Shown: positions 9,210 to 18,239 of the stretch, piece after piece | Layout: every line of letters starts with the position of its first letter | How positions within the stretch are numbered: the stretch's first letter is position 1 | From: an uncultured Bacteriovoracaceae bacterium | GTDB lineage: Bacteria > Desulfobacterota > Desulfomonilia > UBA1062 | Length of the DNA: 64,000 nt | Assembly (NCBI GenBank): GCA_964600235.1 | Contig: CAZRIV010000010.1 | Location: 72,909 to 136,908 of the forward strand | Direction of reading: 5' to 3' | Program-made: the position numbers and the translations under genes | The notes under the pieces: generated by a model | What the model saw: only the letters and a program-made list of their open reading frames with translations | Databases searched by the model: none | Told to the model about the DNA's origin: nothing

Positions 9210-11336
9210 GTGTTTGCCGTGAAGGATCTGCACATTCTACGGGGCGAATCCGAAGAGTCTGATTCAACACGTGAAGAAATCCTGCTTGACCTGCTCAGCA
9301 AGGCCTCAGACTTCTATGAATACACGGTAGGCGTCTTTTCTTCCATCTTCGAGATCACCGAGTTTGTCTCAAAGGGTTCTCCCGAACGGGACTTTTTTTC
9401 CTATGTGACAGGCGTGCTCATCAAGGAGTCGAGGTGCGAAAACGCCTCCATTTTCATGGTGGAGGGTGAATCCGTCGTGCTCAAGGCGGCTTCAGGAATC
9501 GCCATCGGTAATGCAAATCCTCATGTGAGCATGGCCCTGGGAGATGGTGTGGCAGGGACCTGTGCCCGTGATGGAAAGACCATCCTTGTTCATGATGTGG
9601 AATCCTGCGACTTTTTCAAAAAGATGGATTCGGCGAAGGTCCTCATCGGGTCCATGCTGTGCGTGCCCATAAAAGAAGGAGGCCGGACACTGGGTATCAT
9701 GAACCTGTCCCATTCCGGCAAGGGTTTCTTCAATGTTCATTACGTGAGGGTTTTCGAACTCCTGGGCCTTCTCATCGGACAGATGCTGACCCTCGTACAG
9801 CTCTACGAGGTATTCCGGCGCAAGAATTCCGATCTGAGCAATCTTTTAAAGCAGAAAGACGATTCCTTGAGGAGTCTTACCGAGAGGTACAAGGCGGTCG
9901 TCGACGCATCAGAGGAGTTGATCTTCATCATAGACAGGTCAGGACGTGTCCTGTTCCTCAATGGCGCCCTGCAGGGGCTTCTCGTGAAGCCGCCGTTGAC
10001 GATCGCCGACATCTTCGATTCTGGGAGCAGTTCCTTTATTCTCGAAAGGATCTCACGGCAGGATACCGGGCATTCCACGGAGTTTGATCTCAATGTGAAG
10101 GTGGGAGACAAGGCCGATATGATCGGCCAGTTTTTTATGAAGCAGATCGATCCTGATCAGGTCCTCATAATCATTCGCGATGTCACGGCAAAGAAACGCA
10201 TTGAACAGAAGACCATGCAGACCGAGAAGCTTACCTCGCTGGGGCTCCTCACATCCGGGATAGCCCACGAGCTCAACAACAAGCTCACGCCCATCCTTGG
10301 ATTCGCCGACCTCATGGACCCCGAGTATCTGACTCCCCAGGATCAGAAGAGGCTTTCCGTTATCATCAATTCCGCGGCTGCCGCCAAGGGCATCGTGGAA
10401 TCGCTGCTCAAGTTTTCCCGGAACAAACCCCCGGAGAAGAATATATTCGACATGCGGGAAGTCATTAAGAGGACCATCAACCTCTACAGCCCGATCATCA
10501 AGAAACGGGGTATCACGGTCATCAGTGATGACCCGGAAGAGCCCCTGTTCATCAAGGCCGATATGAACTGCATGGAGCAGGTACTCGTGAATTTCATCAA
10601 TAACTCGATAGATGCCATTGACGAGCAGGAGGGTACCATCTGGATCAGGTCCTTCATCAGGGATGACTTCGTGCACGTCACCATCGAGGATACCGGTCCG
10701 GGCATTTCCCCGGGTGTCATGACAAAGATATTCGATCCCTTCTTCACCACCAAGCCCAAGGAGAAGGGCACCGGACTCGGGCTCTCCATCTGCTACGGGA
10801 TCGTTGCAGACCACAAAGGAGAGGTGTTCCTGGAGAATACGAAAAACGGCGCCATGGCCACCATGAGGATCCCTGCCGTCATGGATATGGATACGACGGA
10901 CAGAGACACTGCTGCAGAGAATAATCCCCCCTCCCTGCCGCAGGAGGGCAAACAGAGGCAGAGCCTGATCATGGTAGTGGAGGATGAGGCGGATCTCCTG
11001 GATCTCATGGTGGATACCCTGAGTCCGTACTATACGGTCGTCACCTTCGAGAACGGCAGGCGGGCATGCGATCATATTGATGAGTACTCATGGGAGCTCA
11101 TCATATCCGACCTGAGGATGCCGGTTATGAACGGCATGGAGTTCTACCACGAAGCCATCAGGATGAATCCGAACCTGAAAAAGAGATTCATGTTCATCAC
11201 CGGGGATACGTATGATTTTCAGGTGAAGGAATTTCTCGAGACCACCGGCGTAACCTATTTAAAGAAGCCTTTCCGGATAAAGGAATTGAAGGAATCGGTG
11301 CATAAGCACCTGCAATACTGGGCGGTAGAGGAATGA
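9210..11336 (+). CDS. Hybrid sensor histidine kinase (GAF - PAS - HisKA - HATPase_c - receiver)
   Basis: N-terminal GAF-like domain. H-box HELNNKLTPILGFADLM. G-boxes GPGISPGVMTKIFDPFFTTK and GTGLGLSI. C-terminal receiver LIMVVEDE...ISDLRMP. GTG start with AAGGGG SD. Confidence 0.8.
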   Translation: MFAVKDLHILRGESEESDSTREEILLDLLSKASDFYEYTVGVFSSIFEITEFVSKGSPERDFFSYVTGVLIKESRCENASIFMVEGESVVLKAASGIAIGNANPHVSMALGDGVAGTCARDGKTILVHDVESCDFFKKMDSAKVLIGSMLCVPIKEGGRTLGIMNLSHSGKGFFNVHYVRVFELLGLLIGQMLTLVQLYEVFRRKNSDLSNLLKQKDDSLRSLTERYKAVVDASEELIFIIDRSGRVLFLNGALQGLLVKPPLTIADIFDSGSSSFILERISRQDTGHSTEFDLNVKVGDKADMIGQFFMKQIDPDQVLIIIRDVTAKKRIEQKTMQTEKLTSLGLLTSGIAHELNNKLTPILGFADLMDPEYLTPQDQKRLSVIINSAAAAKGIVESLLKFSRNKPPEKNIFDMREVIKRTINLYSPIIKKRGITVISDDPEEPLFIKADMNCMEQVLVNFINNSIDAIDEQEGTIWIRSFIRDDFVHVTIEDTGPGISPGVMTKIFDPFFTTKPKEKGTGLGLSICYGIVADHKGEVFLENTKNGAMATMRIPAVMDMDTTDRDTAAENNPPSLPQEGKQRQSLIMVVEDEADLLDLMVDTLSPYYTVVTFENGRRACDHIDEYSWELIISDLRMPVMNGMEFYHEAIRMNPNLKKRFMFITGDTYDFQVKEFLETTGVTYLKKPFRIKELKESVHKHLQYWAVEE

Positions 11337-12007
11337 ACGGCAAAAGGGTACTCGTTGTGGACGATGAAGAGATCGTCCGCTATTCATTGAAAAACATCCT
11401 TTCAACCAACGGGTTCGAGGTGGAAGACGTGGGGTCCGCAGAGGAGGCGCTTCGCCTTCTCTATGAAAAGAGCTTCCACCTGGTGCTTACCGACCTTGTG
11501 CTGGAAGGCATGGGGGGTCTCGAACTGCTCGAGAACATAAAGGTTATCTCTCCGCGCACCCTGGTCGTCGTCATCACGGGCTACGGTTCCCTGAAGACAG
11601 CCGTGGCCGCGCTCAGGCTGGGCGTGTACGATTATATCCTCAAGCCCTGCGACGAGAATGAGCTCATCCTGCGGGTGCGCAGGGCACTTGAGATGCAGTC
11701 GTACGGCTCCGAGCAGAAGAAGCTCAATGAACTCGCCGCAATTGCCAAGACCGCGGTGACACTCTCCGACCGGATCAATACCCCGCTCAATATCATTCTG
11801 GGCAACATCGAGATGCTCGAACTCAGCCCGGAACTCGAAAGAAACTCCAAGGTGCAGGCGACCCTTCATGTTATGGAAGACCAGATATTTGCCATCAAGA
11901 AGGTCATGGATAAGCTGGCAGGCCTCACGAATGCGGATACCAAGAGATATCCGGCTTTACGGGATTATGAGATTATTGATTTGACAAGCGAGGAAGCCAA
12001 TGATTAG
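11333..12007 (+). CDS. Response regulator receiver protein with C-terminal HisKA-like dimerisation domain lacking the phospho-acceptor His
   Basis: Receiver VLVVDDEE...LTDLVLEGMGG. The C-terminal segment DRINTPLNIILGNIEMLE resembles the H-box HELRTPL but has Asp at the His position. Start overlaps the upstream stop (ATGA). Confidence 0.7.
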   Translation: MNGKRVLVVDDEEIVRYSLKNILSTNGFEVEDVGSAEEALRLLYEKSFHLVLTDLVLEGMGGLELLENIKVISPRTLVVVITGYGSLKTAVAALRLGVYDYILKPCDENELILRVRRALEMQSYGSEQKKLNELAAIAKTAVTLSDRINTPLNIILGNIEMLELSPELERNSKVQATLHVMEDQIFAIKKVMDKLAGLTNADTKRYPALRDYEIIDLTSEEAND

Positions 12008-12398
12008 CTCGAAAAGAATCCTGATCGTTGACGATTCCAAGGATCTGACCCATGTGATATCGGATTTCCTGAGCATGTATGGGTATCAGGTGCTCACGGC
12101 CGTCGATGGGTATGATGCCCTGGAGTGTATGAATGCACAGCCGGTACAGGTGGTGGTGAGTGACATACACATGCCCCGTATGGATGGATTTACGCTGATG
12201 GGCGAGATCAAGTCGAGGTACCCCAAGATACCCATCGTCCTGATTACGGGCTTTTCCGTGAGCGAGGCGCAGAAGCTGGCCTATGAGCGGGGGGCTAATG
12301 CCTTTGTCGCAAAACCCTTCAAGCTCAAGGAGCTCAAGAATGTGATAGAATCGGTTTCGCAAGAGGCTGCAACAACAGCACCGAGGAGGGAGTTATGA
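12000..12398 (+). CDS. Single-domain CheY-like response regulator
   Basis: ILIVDDS...VVSDIHMPRMDG...AKPF receiver signature. Overlaps the upstream gene by 8 nt. Confidence 0.8.
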   Translation: MISSKRILIVDDSKDLTHVISDFLSMYGYQVLTAVDGYDALECMNAQPVQVVVSDIHMPRMDGFTLMGEIKSRYPKIPIVLITGFSVSEAQKLAYERGANAFVAKPFKLKELKNVIESVSQEAATTAPRREL

Positions 12399-12853
12399 AG
12401 AAGACCAAAGTGAGAAAGCCCCAGAAGATCCTGTGCTACATCGATTACTCCAAGAACAGCGCCTATGTCGTGGACTATGCATACCAGCTCTCGTGTCTCA
12501 TCGACGCCGAGCTCTTTGTCCTCCACACCGTCACCGACATCAAGAATGCCGCAGGCTTCTATGTGCCCCACATCAACACCGACAAGCTGGAAGAGGAAGT
12601 TATCTCTGCAGCGAAGGACAAGATGTATTCCTTCTGCAGCCAGGTGGGCGACGATGTGATCGATGCGAAACACCGGCTGGTCACGAGGGGGGTTCCCATC
12701 GATGCGATCAACAAGGTGATCAAGGACAAGTCCATAGAACTGCTCGTCATCGGCCATGAGGTCAACAAAGGTGCCCTGTCCGGGTTCAGAAGCGACTATG
12801 CAGAAAAGTTCATGAAGAACCCGACTATCCCGTTTTTGGTCCTGCCGGTGTAA
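12395..12853 (+). CDS. Universal stress protein (UspA family)
   Basis: 152 aa with Usp-like alpha/beta pattern (ILCYIDYS...LFVLHTV...ELLVIGHE...). GGAGGGAG SD. Start overlaps the upstream stop. Confidence 0.7.
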   Translation: MKKTKVRKPQKILCYIDYSKNSAYVVDYAYQLSCLIDAELFVLHTVTDIKNAAGFYVPHINTDKLEEEVISAAKDKMYSFCSQVGDDVIDAKHRLVTRGVPIDAINKVIKDKSIELLVIGHEVNKGALSGFRSDYAEKFMKNPTIPFLVLPV

Positions 12854-12950
12854 CTACGCGTAAAAGAGGACATGATCCCGGTGGACTCCTCCTCCGGGAT
12901 CTGTCCTTTAACAATCCTTGCCCCATTGCCCGGGCTGGCGGGTTTTCCTC

Positions 12951-13202
12951 TCAGAACCATCCGGGGTGGATGGGCTTGTTGGTTAATGATTCCTTGGTTG
13001 CGCGGTCGTAGCCGTGTCCTGCAGGGGGACCGCCACGGTATTCATGCAGGTTGTCTTCATGCATGGCCTCCCTCTCCTGTTCATGCGGACTTTCTGCATC
13101 CTTGCCGGCACTGGTGTGCTGGCCAAGGCGTTTCAGCAAAGCAGGAAGCCCTATAAAAAGGAGCAGAAGGATGAGTATGCTGACTATGGAGTTCTCACCC
13201 AT
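12951..13202 (-). CDS. Hypothetical small membrane protein
   Basis: 83 aa with one N-terminal TM helix IVSILILLLLFIGLPALL and a charged tail. No clear SD and no recognisable family; may be non-coding. Confidence 0.25.
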   Translation of the reverse strand: MGENSIVSILILLLLFIGLPALLKRLGQHTSAGKDAESPHEQEREAMHEDNLHEYRGGPPAGHGYDRATKESLTNKPIHPGWF

Positions 13203-13252
13203 GGCCTGATCATATCACAAAAAACTTTCCTGTGAACAGGGAAAACCCGTAT

Positions 13253-13837
13253 CTAGGCCTTCTGGACTGATCCGATGATATTCACCCATAGGTCGTCCAT
13301 GCCCTCACCCGTGGTTGCAGAGGTGATGACCGGGGTAAGGCCGCATTGCCCGGTAAGTTCCGAGACCCGCTTGCTCCTCTGATTGTTGCTCAGTTTGTCG
13401 GTCTTGGTGGCAACGAGCACGACCCTTGCGCTGCTCTTTTTCATGAGATCGATGAGCATGCGCTCTTCTTCCTGCAGGTCTCTCCTTATGTCCACCAGGA
13501 GCATGACGAGTTTCAGCTCAGTATTGTTTGAAAGGTATCGGGAAATCAGTTCGGACCATTCGTGGCTCATGGCCTTGGGCACCTTGGCGTAACCATAGCC
13601 CGGCAGGTCGACCAGGTACAGGGAAGGGAGGTCCACCAGGTCCACCCTGAAGTAATTCACGGCCCTGGTCTTGCCCGGCACCTTGCTGATCCTTACCAGT
13701 GCCTTGCGGTTCAGGAGCTTGTTGATGAGCGAGGACTTCCCCACGTTGGACCTGCCGGCAAAGGCGAATTCAGGCAGACCCGATGCGTGGTGAGGGAAGA
13801 CGCCGGCAAAGGACGCGTCGCGCACCTTTACCTTCAT
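13253..13837 (-). CDS. engB: Ribosome-biogenesis GTPase EngB/YsxC
   Basis: G1 motif GRSNVGKSS, DLPGYG switch region and TKTDK G4 motif. Start overlaps the stop of the upstream aminotransferase (ATGA). Confidence 0.85.
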   Translation of the reverse strand: MKVKVRDASFAGVFPHHASGLPEFAFAGRSNVGKSSLINKLLNRKALVRISKVPGKTRAVNYFRVDLVDLPSLYLVDLPGYGYAKVPKAMSHEWSELISRYLSNNTELKLVMLLVDIRRDLQEEERMLIDLMKKSSARVVLVATKTDKLSNNQRSKRVSELTGQCGLTPVITSATTGEGMDDLWVNIIGSVQKA

Positions 13838-14985
13838 AACGTTCTCAGATACGCGGCGACCCGCGAGATTCCTTCGACGATGTTCTTCTCCGAGTTGGCG
13901 TACGAAAACCGGATGTACCCCTCGGCGCCCGGCCCGAAATCAATGCCCGGGGTGACACCCACGCCTGTGTGCTCCAGGACCTCCATGGCAAAGGACCTCG
14001 AATCCCTGGTGTAACGCCCCATGTTGACCAGGACGTAAAACGCCCCGTTGGGCTCCACCTCCACGTTGAACCCGTGCTTGTTCATCTCGGCGAGCATGAC
14101 CTTCCTGCGGTCCGCGAAGATCCGGTGCATGTCCCGGACGTCTGCGCCGGCCTTGGTGAGCGCCGCCACACCCCCCCACTGGGCAATGGACGGGGCGCAG
14201 ATCATGAGGTTCTGCTGGAGCTTCTGGGCGGTGCGGATGAGCGACCTGGGAAAGACCGCCCAGCCGAGCCTCCATCCGGTCATGGCATAGGCCTTGGAGA
14301 AGCCGTTGATGATGATGGCGGTATCCGTGAATTCCAGCATGGAGTGCTGCTCGCCCGCATAGACCAGCCCGTGGTAGATCTCGTCGGAGATGATGGGTAT
14401 GGGCAGGTTGCCCAGGGCCTTCATGTGGCCGGCATCGAGGCAGACGCCGGTGGGGTTGGCCGGCGAGTTGATGATCAGGGCCTTTGTGGAGCCGGTAATG
14501 TTTTTCTTCACCTTGGCCGGGTCGAGTTGGAAACCGTCGGAGCTCCCGGTGCGGATCAGGCGGGGCTTGGCGCCCAGGACCTTCACGAAGTTGGGGTAGC
14601 AGGCGTAGTAGGGGTCGGTCATCATGACCTCGTCACCGGCATCCACCAGGCACGATATGGCCATGAGGAGCGCGGGCGACGAGCCTGCGGTGACCACGAT
14701 GCATTCCTCGTCGATGGTGACCCCGTAGGTCTTGAGGTAATGCTCTTTCAGGGCGCTTCTCAACTCGGGGATGCCCAGCGAGTCGGTGTAGTGGGTCCTG
14801 CCCTGGTGCATGGCGTTCGCCGCGGCGATGCGGATGCACTCCGGCGTGTCGAAGTCGGGCTCGCCCACCTCCAGGTGGATGACGTCGCGGCCGGAGGCGG
14901 CCAGCGAGTTGGCCTTTTCCATGACATCCATGACCAGGAACGGCTGGATGTTGTGGGCGGTCTTTGACGGATTCATGGGGTTCAT
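13834..14985 (-). CDS. Class I/II PLP-dependent aminotransferase (AspC-like)
   Basis: PLP-lysine region NGFSKAYAMTGWRLGW, with the conserved SKxxxMTGWR motif. Start ATG 14985 has AAGG ~9 nt upstream; the TTG at 15012 has none. Confidence 0.8.
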   Translation of the reverse strand: MNPMNPSKTAHNIQPFLVMDVMEKANSLAASGRDVIHLEVGEPDFDTPECIRIAAANAMHQGRTHYTDSLGIPELRSALKEHYLKTYGVTIDEECIVVTAGSSPALLMAISCLVDAGDEVMMTDPYYACYPNFVKVLGAKPRLIRTGSSDGFQLDPAKVKKNITGSTKALIINSPANPTGVCLDAGHMKALGNLPIPIISDEIYHGLVYAGEQHSMLEFTDTAIIINGFSKAYAMTGWRLGWAVFPRSLIRTAQKLQQNLMICAPSIAQWGGVAALTKAGADVRDMHRIFADRRKVMLAEMNKHGFNVEVEPNGAFYVLVNMGRYTRDSRSFAMEVLEHTGVGVTPGIDFGPGAEGYIRFSYANSEKNIVEGISRVAAYLRTL

Positions 14986-15351
14986 ATAGCAGACCTTTGC
15001 GTGAAGGGTCAATTGATGGAATGGGAACTCCTACTGCAAATATGACGAAAAATCACCTTGCACCGGGGTTGGCAGAGATCATTCCTGATACACATGAATA
15101 TCATCCTCTCTGGCCAGGTCATGCGCTCCTCACGGTGTGAGAGTCATCGATTCTGGGGATGTTCCTCATTGTTCATGTCATGAACTTCCGTGGGAGATCG
15201 AAGTCTGCATCGCTTTACAAAAAGCTAGACTTGACCCCCTCTTTCCCCCGATGCTTGTAATTTTACCCGGATCAAGATAAAAAATGAACTTCTGAACACA
15301 CGTACTGCCTTCACAGGGTAATTGACTTACAGGAGAAGGAAACGATTTCTC

Positions 15352-15963
15352 ATGAAAAAAAGGAAGCTCACGAGCCGGAATCTCCATGCCATGGAAACAA
15401 AAGAGCGTATATTCAAGGTGGCCTCCCAGTTGATTCTCAAGAAGGGCTTCGATAACGCAACCTTGGAAGAAATCAGCAAAAAAGCCGGAATATCCAAGGG
15501 GCTTTTTTACCACTACTTCAAATCCAAGACAGACCTGATCATTGAAAGCTACAGCCTGATCGACTCAGAGTTCGAGCAGGAGTTGGAGAATCTCGATGCA
15601 GGCTCGACGCCCCTGGACAGAATTCTCCTCACGGTCAATACCATGGCGCGGCATGCAAGACAGCGGGGGCTGGACGCTGTCAGGCAGATCTACAAGGGGC
15701 AGCTGGATGCCGCGACTGCATCGTTCATCAGTAAGAAAAGACCCTTCTACAGGACGATTCGTGAAGCCGTTGTCGACTTGCAGGATCAGGGTGTCATGAG
15801 CAGCGAGATACCGCCCGATGAGTACGCCGACTGCCTCATGGCCTGTGCGAGAGGCGTGCTGTATGACTGGTGTCTGCATAAAGGGAAATACGATATCGAG
15901 AGGAGCATGGACAGGTATTTCCGAAATGTACTCTTGCCGGGGAATACATCCAAGGCTACATGA
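15352..15963 (+). CDS. TetR/AcrR-family transcriptional regulator
   Basis: N-terminal HTH TLEEISKKAGISKGLFYHYFKSK. AGGAGAAGG SD before ATG 15352. Divergently/adjacent to an acyl-CoA synthetase, as for FadR-type TetR regulators. Confidence 0.8.
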   Translation: MKKRKLTSRNLHAMETKERIFKVASQLILKKGFDNATLEEISKKAGISKGLFYHYFKSKTDLIIESYSLIDSEFEQELENLDAGSTPLDRILLTVNTMARHARQRGLDAVRQIYKGQLDAATASFISKKRPFYRTIREAVVDLQDQGVMSSEIPPDEYADCLMACARGVLYDWCLHKGKYDIERSMDRYFRNVLLPGNTSKAT

Positions 15964-16186
15964 TCGCTCCGTAAGAAAGCCACCGTCTTTCATTCCCACA
16001 TTTTTCCCATCATGTGTCAGGGCCTTAATGCCCTATTCAGACCTTTTCTTTTAGTTGAACGCGGTCAATGAACGTGGTATAACGTACCGATATAAGGTCC
16101 CGACAGGGCAAGGACTGGATTTCTCAACCGGGAAGAACAGCCGCGACCGACAAATACAGGACCCAGGCGTCTGCAAAGGAGAGAAA

Positions 16187-17980
16187 ATGGATCCGAATAC
16201 CGTGTATGACTACCCGAACAATCTGGTTGATCTATTCGAGCAAAGCGTTATCGACTTCCCGGACATCAGGTTTTTCGGGGTGAAGAATCCCGAAACCGGG
16301 ACGTATGAATGGCTGACGCGCAGGCAGATTGCCGGGAGGGTCGACAACCTCCGCGGCGCCCTGAAGAAGCTCGGCTTGTCCAAAGGCGACAGAGCCGGCA
16401 TCATCATCAACAACTGCGTTGAGTGGTTCGTGTGCGAGCAGGCCGTCCATGGGCTGGGAGCGGTATTCGTTCCCATGTATCTTCAGGAGCTCCCCAAGAT
16501 GTGGAGATACGTCGTCAGTGACGCGGCATTGAAATTCCTTTTCGTGAGGGACAGCTCTGTTTTTGAAAAGGTCAAAGACTTCAAACAGGAGATCCCCACA
16601 CTCAAGGAAATCATCGTCGTCTACGGCGAGGGGGAAAACAGCATGACCGCCCTGGAGGAAATGGGCAGGAACAACCCCGCACCTTCCCTGAAGCCCCTCT
16701 GGTCTGATCTTGCGCACATCATCTTCACCTCCGGAACCACGGGCGACCCCAAGGGCGCCATGATCTCGCACGGGAACGCCACCTGGGCCGCCCGGTCCAG
16801 CATCGACACGTTCGATCTCGACGAAACCGCGCAGGTGATCTCGATACTGCCCTGGGCGCATGTCTACGGGCAGAACTGCGACCTGCACAATTACATGTAC
16901 TTCGGGGGAGGGATCGCCTTTGTCGAATCCCTGGAAAAATTCATGCAGAATGTCCAGGAGTCGAAACCCACTGCCATCAACGGCGTTCCGCGCATCGTTA
17001 CCAGGATTTACGACGCCGTCATGCAGGGCGTGAACGCCGACCCCGTGAAAAAGCAGTTTTTCGACGCGGCCCTGGCGGAAGCGGCCAAGAACAGGGGCCT
17101 TCCAGAGAAAACAAAAGAGTTCAAGGAGTTCGATGAGCTTGTCTTTTCAAGGGTCCGCGCCATCTTCGGCGGCAACCTGCAGTTCATCGTCACCTCCAGC
17201 TCGCTGCTGAAGCCGGAGATCGCCCAGTTCTTCCACGACATCGGACAGCCCACCTATGACTGCTACGGCATGACGGAATCCTCGGGCGGGATTACGCTGA
17301 ACTGCCCAAAATATGGAAACAAACTGGCCACCGTGGGCAAGCCACTCCCGCACACGCATGTCATAATCGACAAATCCCGTGTGGGGGAAGACAGCTTCGA
17401 CGGCGAGATCTGCGTGTACGGGCCCCAGATCATGATGGGCTACCACAACAAACCCCAGCTGAACGCAGAGGTCATGATGCCGGACAAGTGGAACGGCTTC
17501 ACGGGTATCCGCACGGGCGACCGCGGCTGGTTTGATGAAGACGGGTTCCTTCACATCACCGGCCGCTTCAAGGACGAATACAAGCTGGCCAACGGCAAGT
17601 ATGTCCATCCTGAAAGCATCGAAAACGAGATCAAGCTCCTTCACCAGGTCGCCAACGCGACGGTCTACGGGGAAGGGAAGGATTACAATGTCGCGGTGAT
17701 CGTCCCGGAATTTGCCGCCCTGAAAGCCGACCCGGAAACACAGGGATGGGTGAGGGACACGCTGGAGGAAACGCTTAAGAGTCAGGAACTGAAAGACCAC
17801 CTGTCGAAACTGATCATCGCGCATGTTCGCAAGTCGTTCGGCGGGTATGAAGTGCCGCAGAAGTTTCTGTTTACGGCCGAAGACTTCACCGTGGCCAACA
17901 GCATGCTGACCCAGACCATGAAACTCAAGAGAGCGAATGTGCTGAAGAAATATAAAGAGCAGCTTCTGGCCCTTTACTGA
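16187..17980 (+). CDS. Long-chain acyl-CoA synthetase (AMP-dependent synthetase/ligase)
   Basis: AMP-binding motif IIFTSGTTGDPKG plus TGD and GWFDEDG...DR regions. AAAGGAGAG SD before ATG 16187. Confidence 0.8.
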   Translation: MDPNTVYDYPNNLVDLFEQSVIDFPDIRFFGVKNPETGTYEWLTRRQIAGRVDNLRGALKKLGLSKGDRAGIIINNCVEWFVCEQAVHGLGAVFVPMYLQELPKMWRYVVSDAALKFLFVRDSSVFEKVKDFKQEIPTLKEIIVVYGEGENSMTALEEMGRNNPAPSLKPLWSDLAHIIFTSGTTGDPKGAMISHGNATWAARSSIDTFDLDETAQVISILPWAHVYGQNCDLHNYMYFGGGIAFVESLEKFMQNVQESKPTAINGVPRIVTRIYDAVMQGVNADPVKKQFFDAALAEAAKNRGLPEKTKEFKEFDELVFSRVRAIFGGNLQFIVTSSSLLKPEIAQFFHDIGQPTYDCYGMTESSGGITLNCPKYGNKLATVGKPLPHTHVIIDKSRVGEDSFDGEICVYGPQIMMGYHNKPQLNAEVMMPDKWNGFTGIRTGDRGWFDEDGFLHITGRFKDEYKLANGKYVHPESIENEIKLLHQVANATVYGEGKDYNVAVIVPEFAALKADPETQGWVRDTLEETLKSQELKDHLSKLIIAHVRKSFGGYEVPQKFLFTAEDFTVANSMLTQTMKLKRANVLKKYKEQLLALY

Positions 17981-18126
17981 GAGGGATATGGCCCTGATTT
18001 CATTGAGTTATCCAGGTCACGAGAGCGTCAAGCTACGTGTACGTTCCCTTTGAATGCTATTTCAGATTCTTTGATGGCTGGCTCTGAATTAAAATGGTAA
18101 TTCTCAAAAATATCCTCTCCGGAATT

Positions 18127-18159
18127 TGCATGGGCAAGTCCCTTACCTTGGCCCATGCA
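18127..18159. terminator. Hairpin in convergent intergenic region (possible bidirectional terminator, no U-tract)
   Basis: TGCATGGGCAAG-tcccttac-CTTGGCCCATGCA stem-loop between the 3' ends of the acyl-CoA synthetase (+) and PepD-like gene (-). Confidence 0.3.
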
Positions 18160-18239
18160 TGCCGGTCTGATGAATGGTATTGATTGATCTCTGCCTGATC
18201 TCAAAACATCACAGTCTGTTGGAGTGCTCCTCCTGATCC

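Noticed and set aside
10053-11075. 340-aa ORF on the minus strand
   Set aside because: It lies entirely antisense to the well-supported hybrid histidine kinase (9210-11336). It is low-complexity and has no recognisable domain, the typical long antisense ORF of a high-GC genome.
13969-14967. 332-aa ORF on the plus strand
   Set aside because: Antisense to the aminotransferase gene. It is Gly/Arg/Val/Asp-rich, as expected from the reverse complement of GC-rich coding sequence, and carries no motifs.
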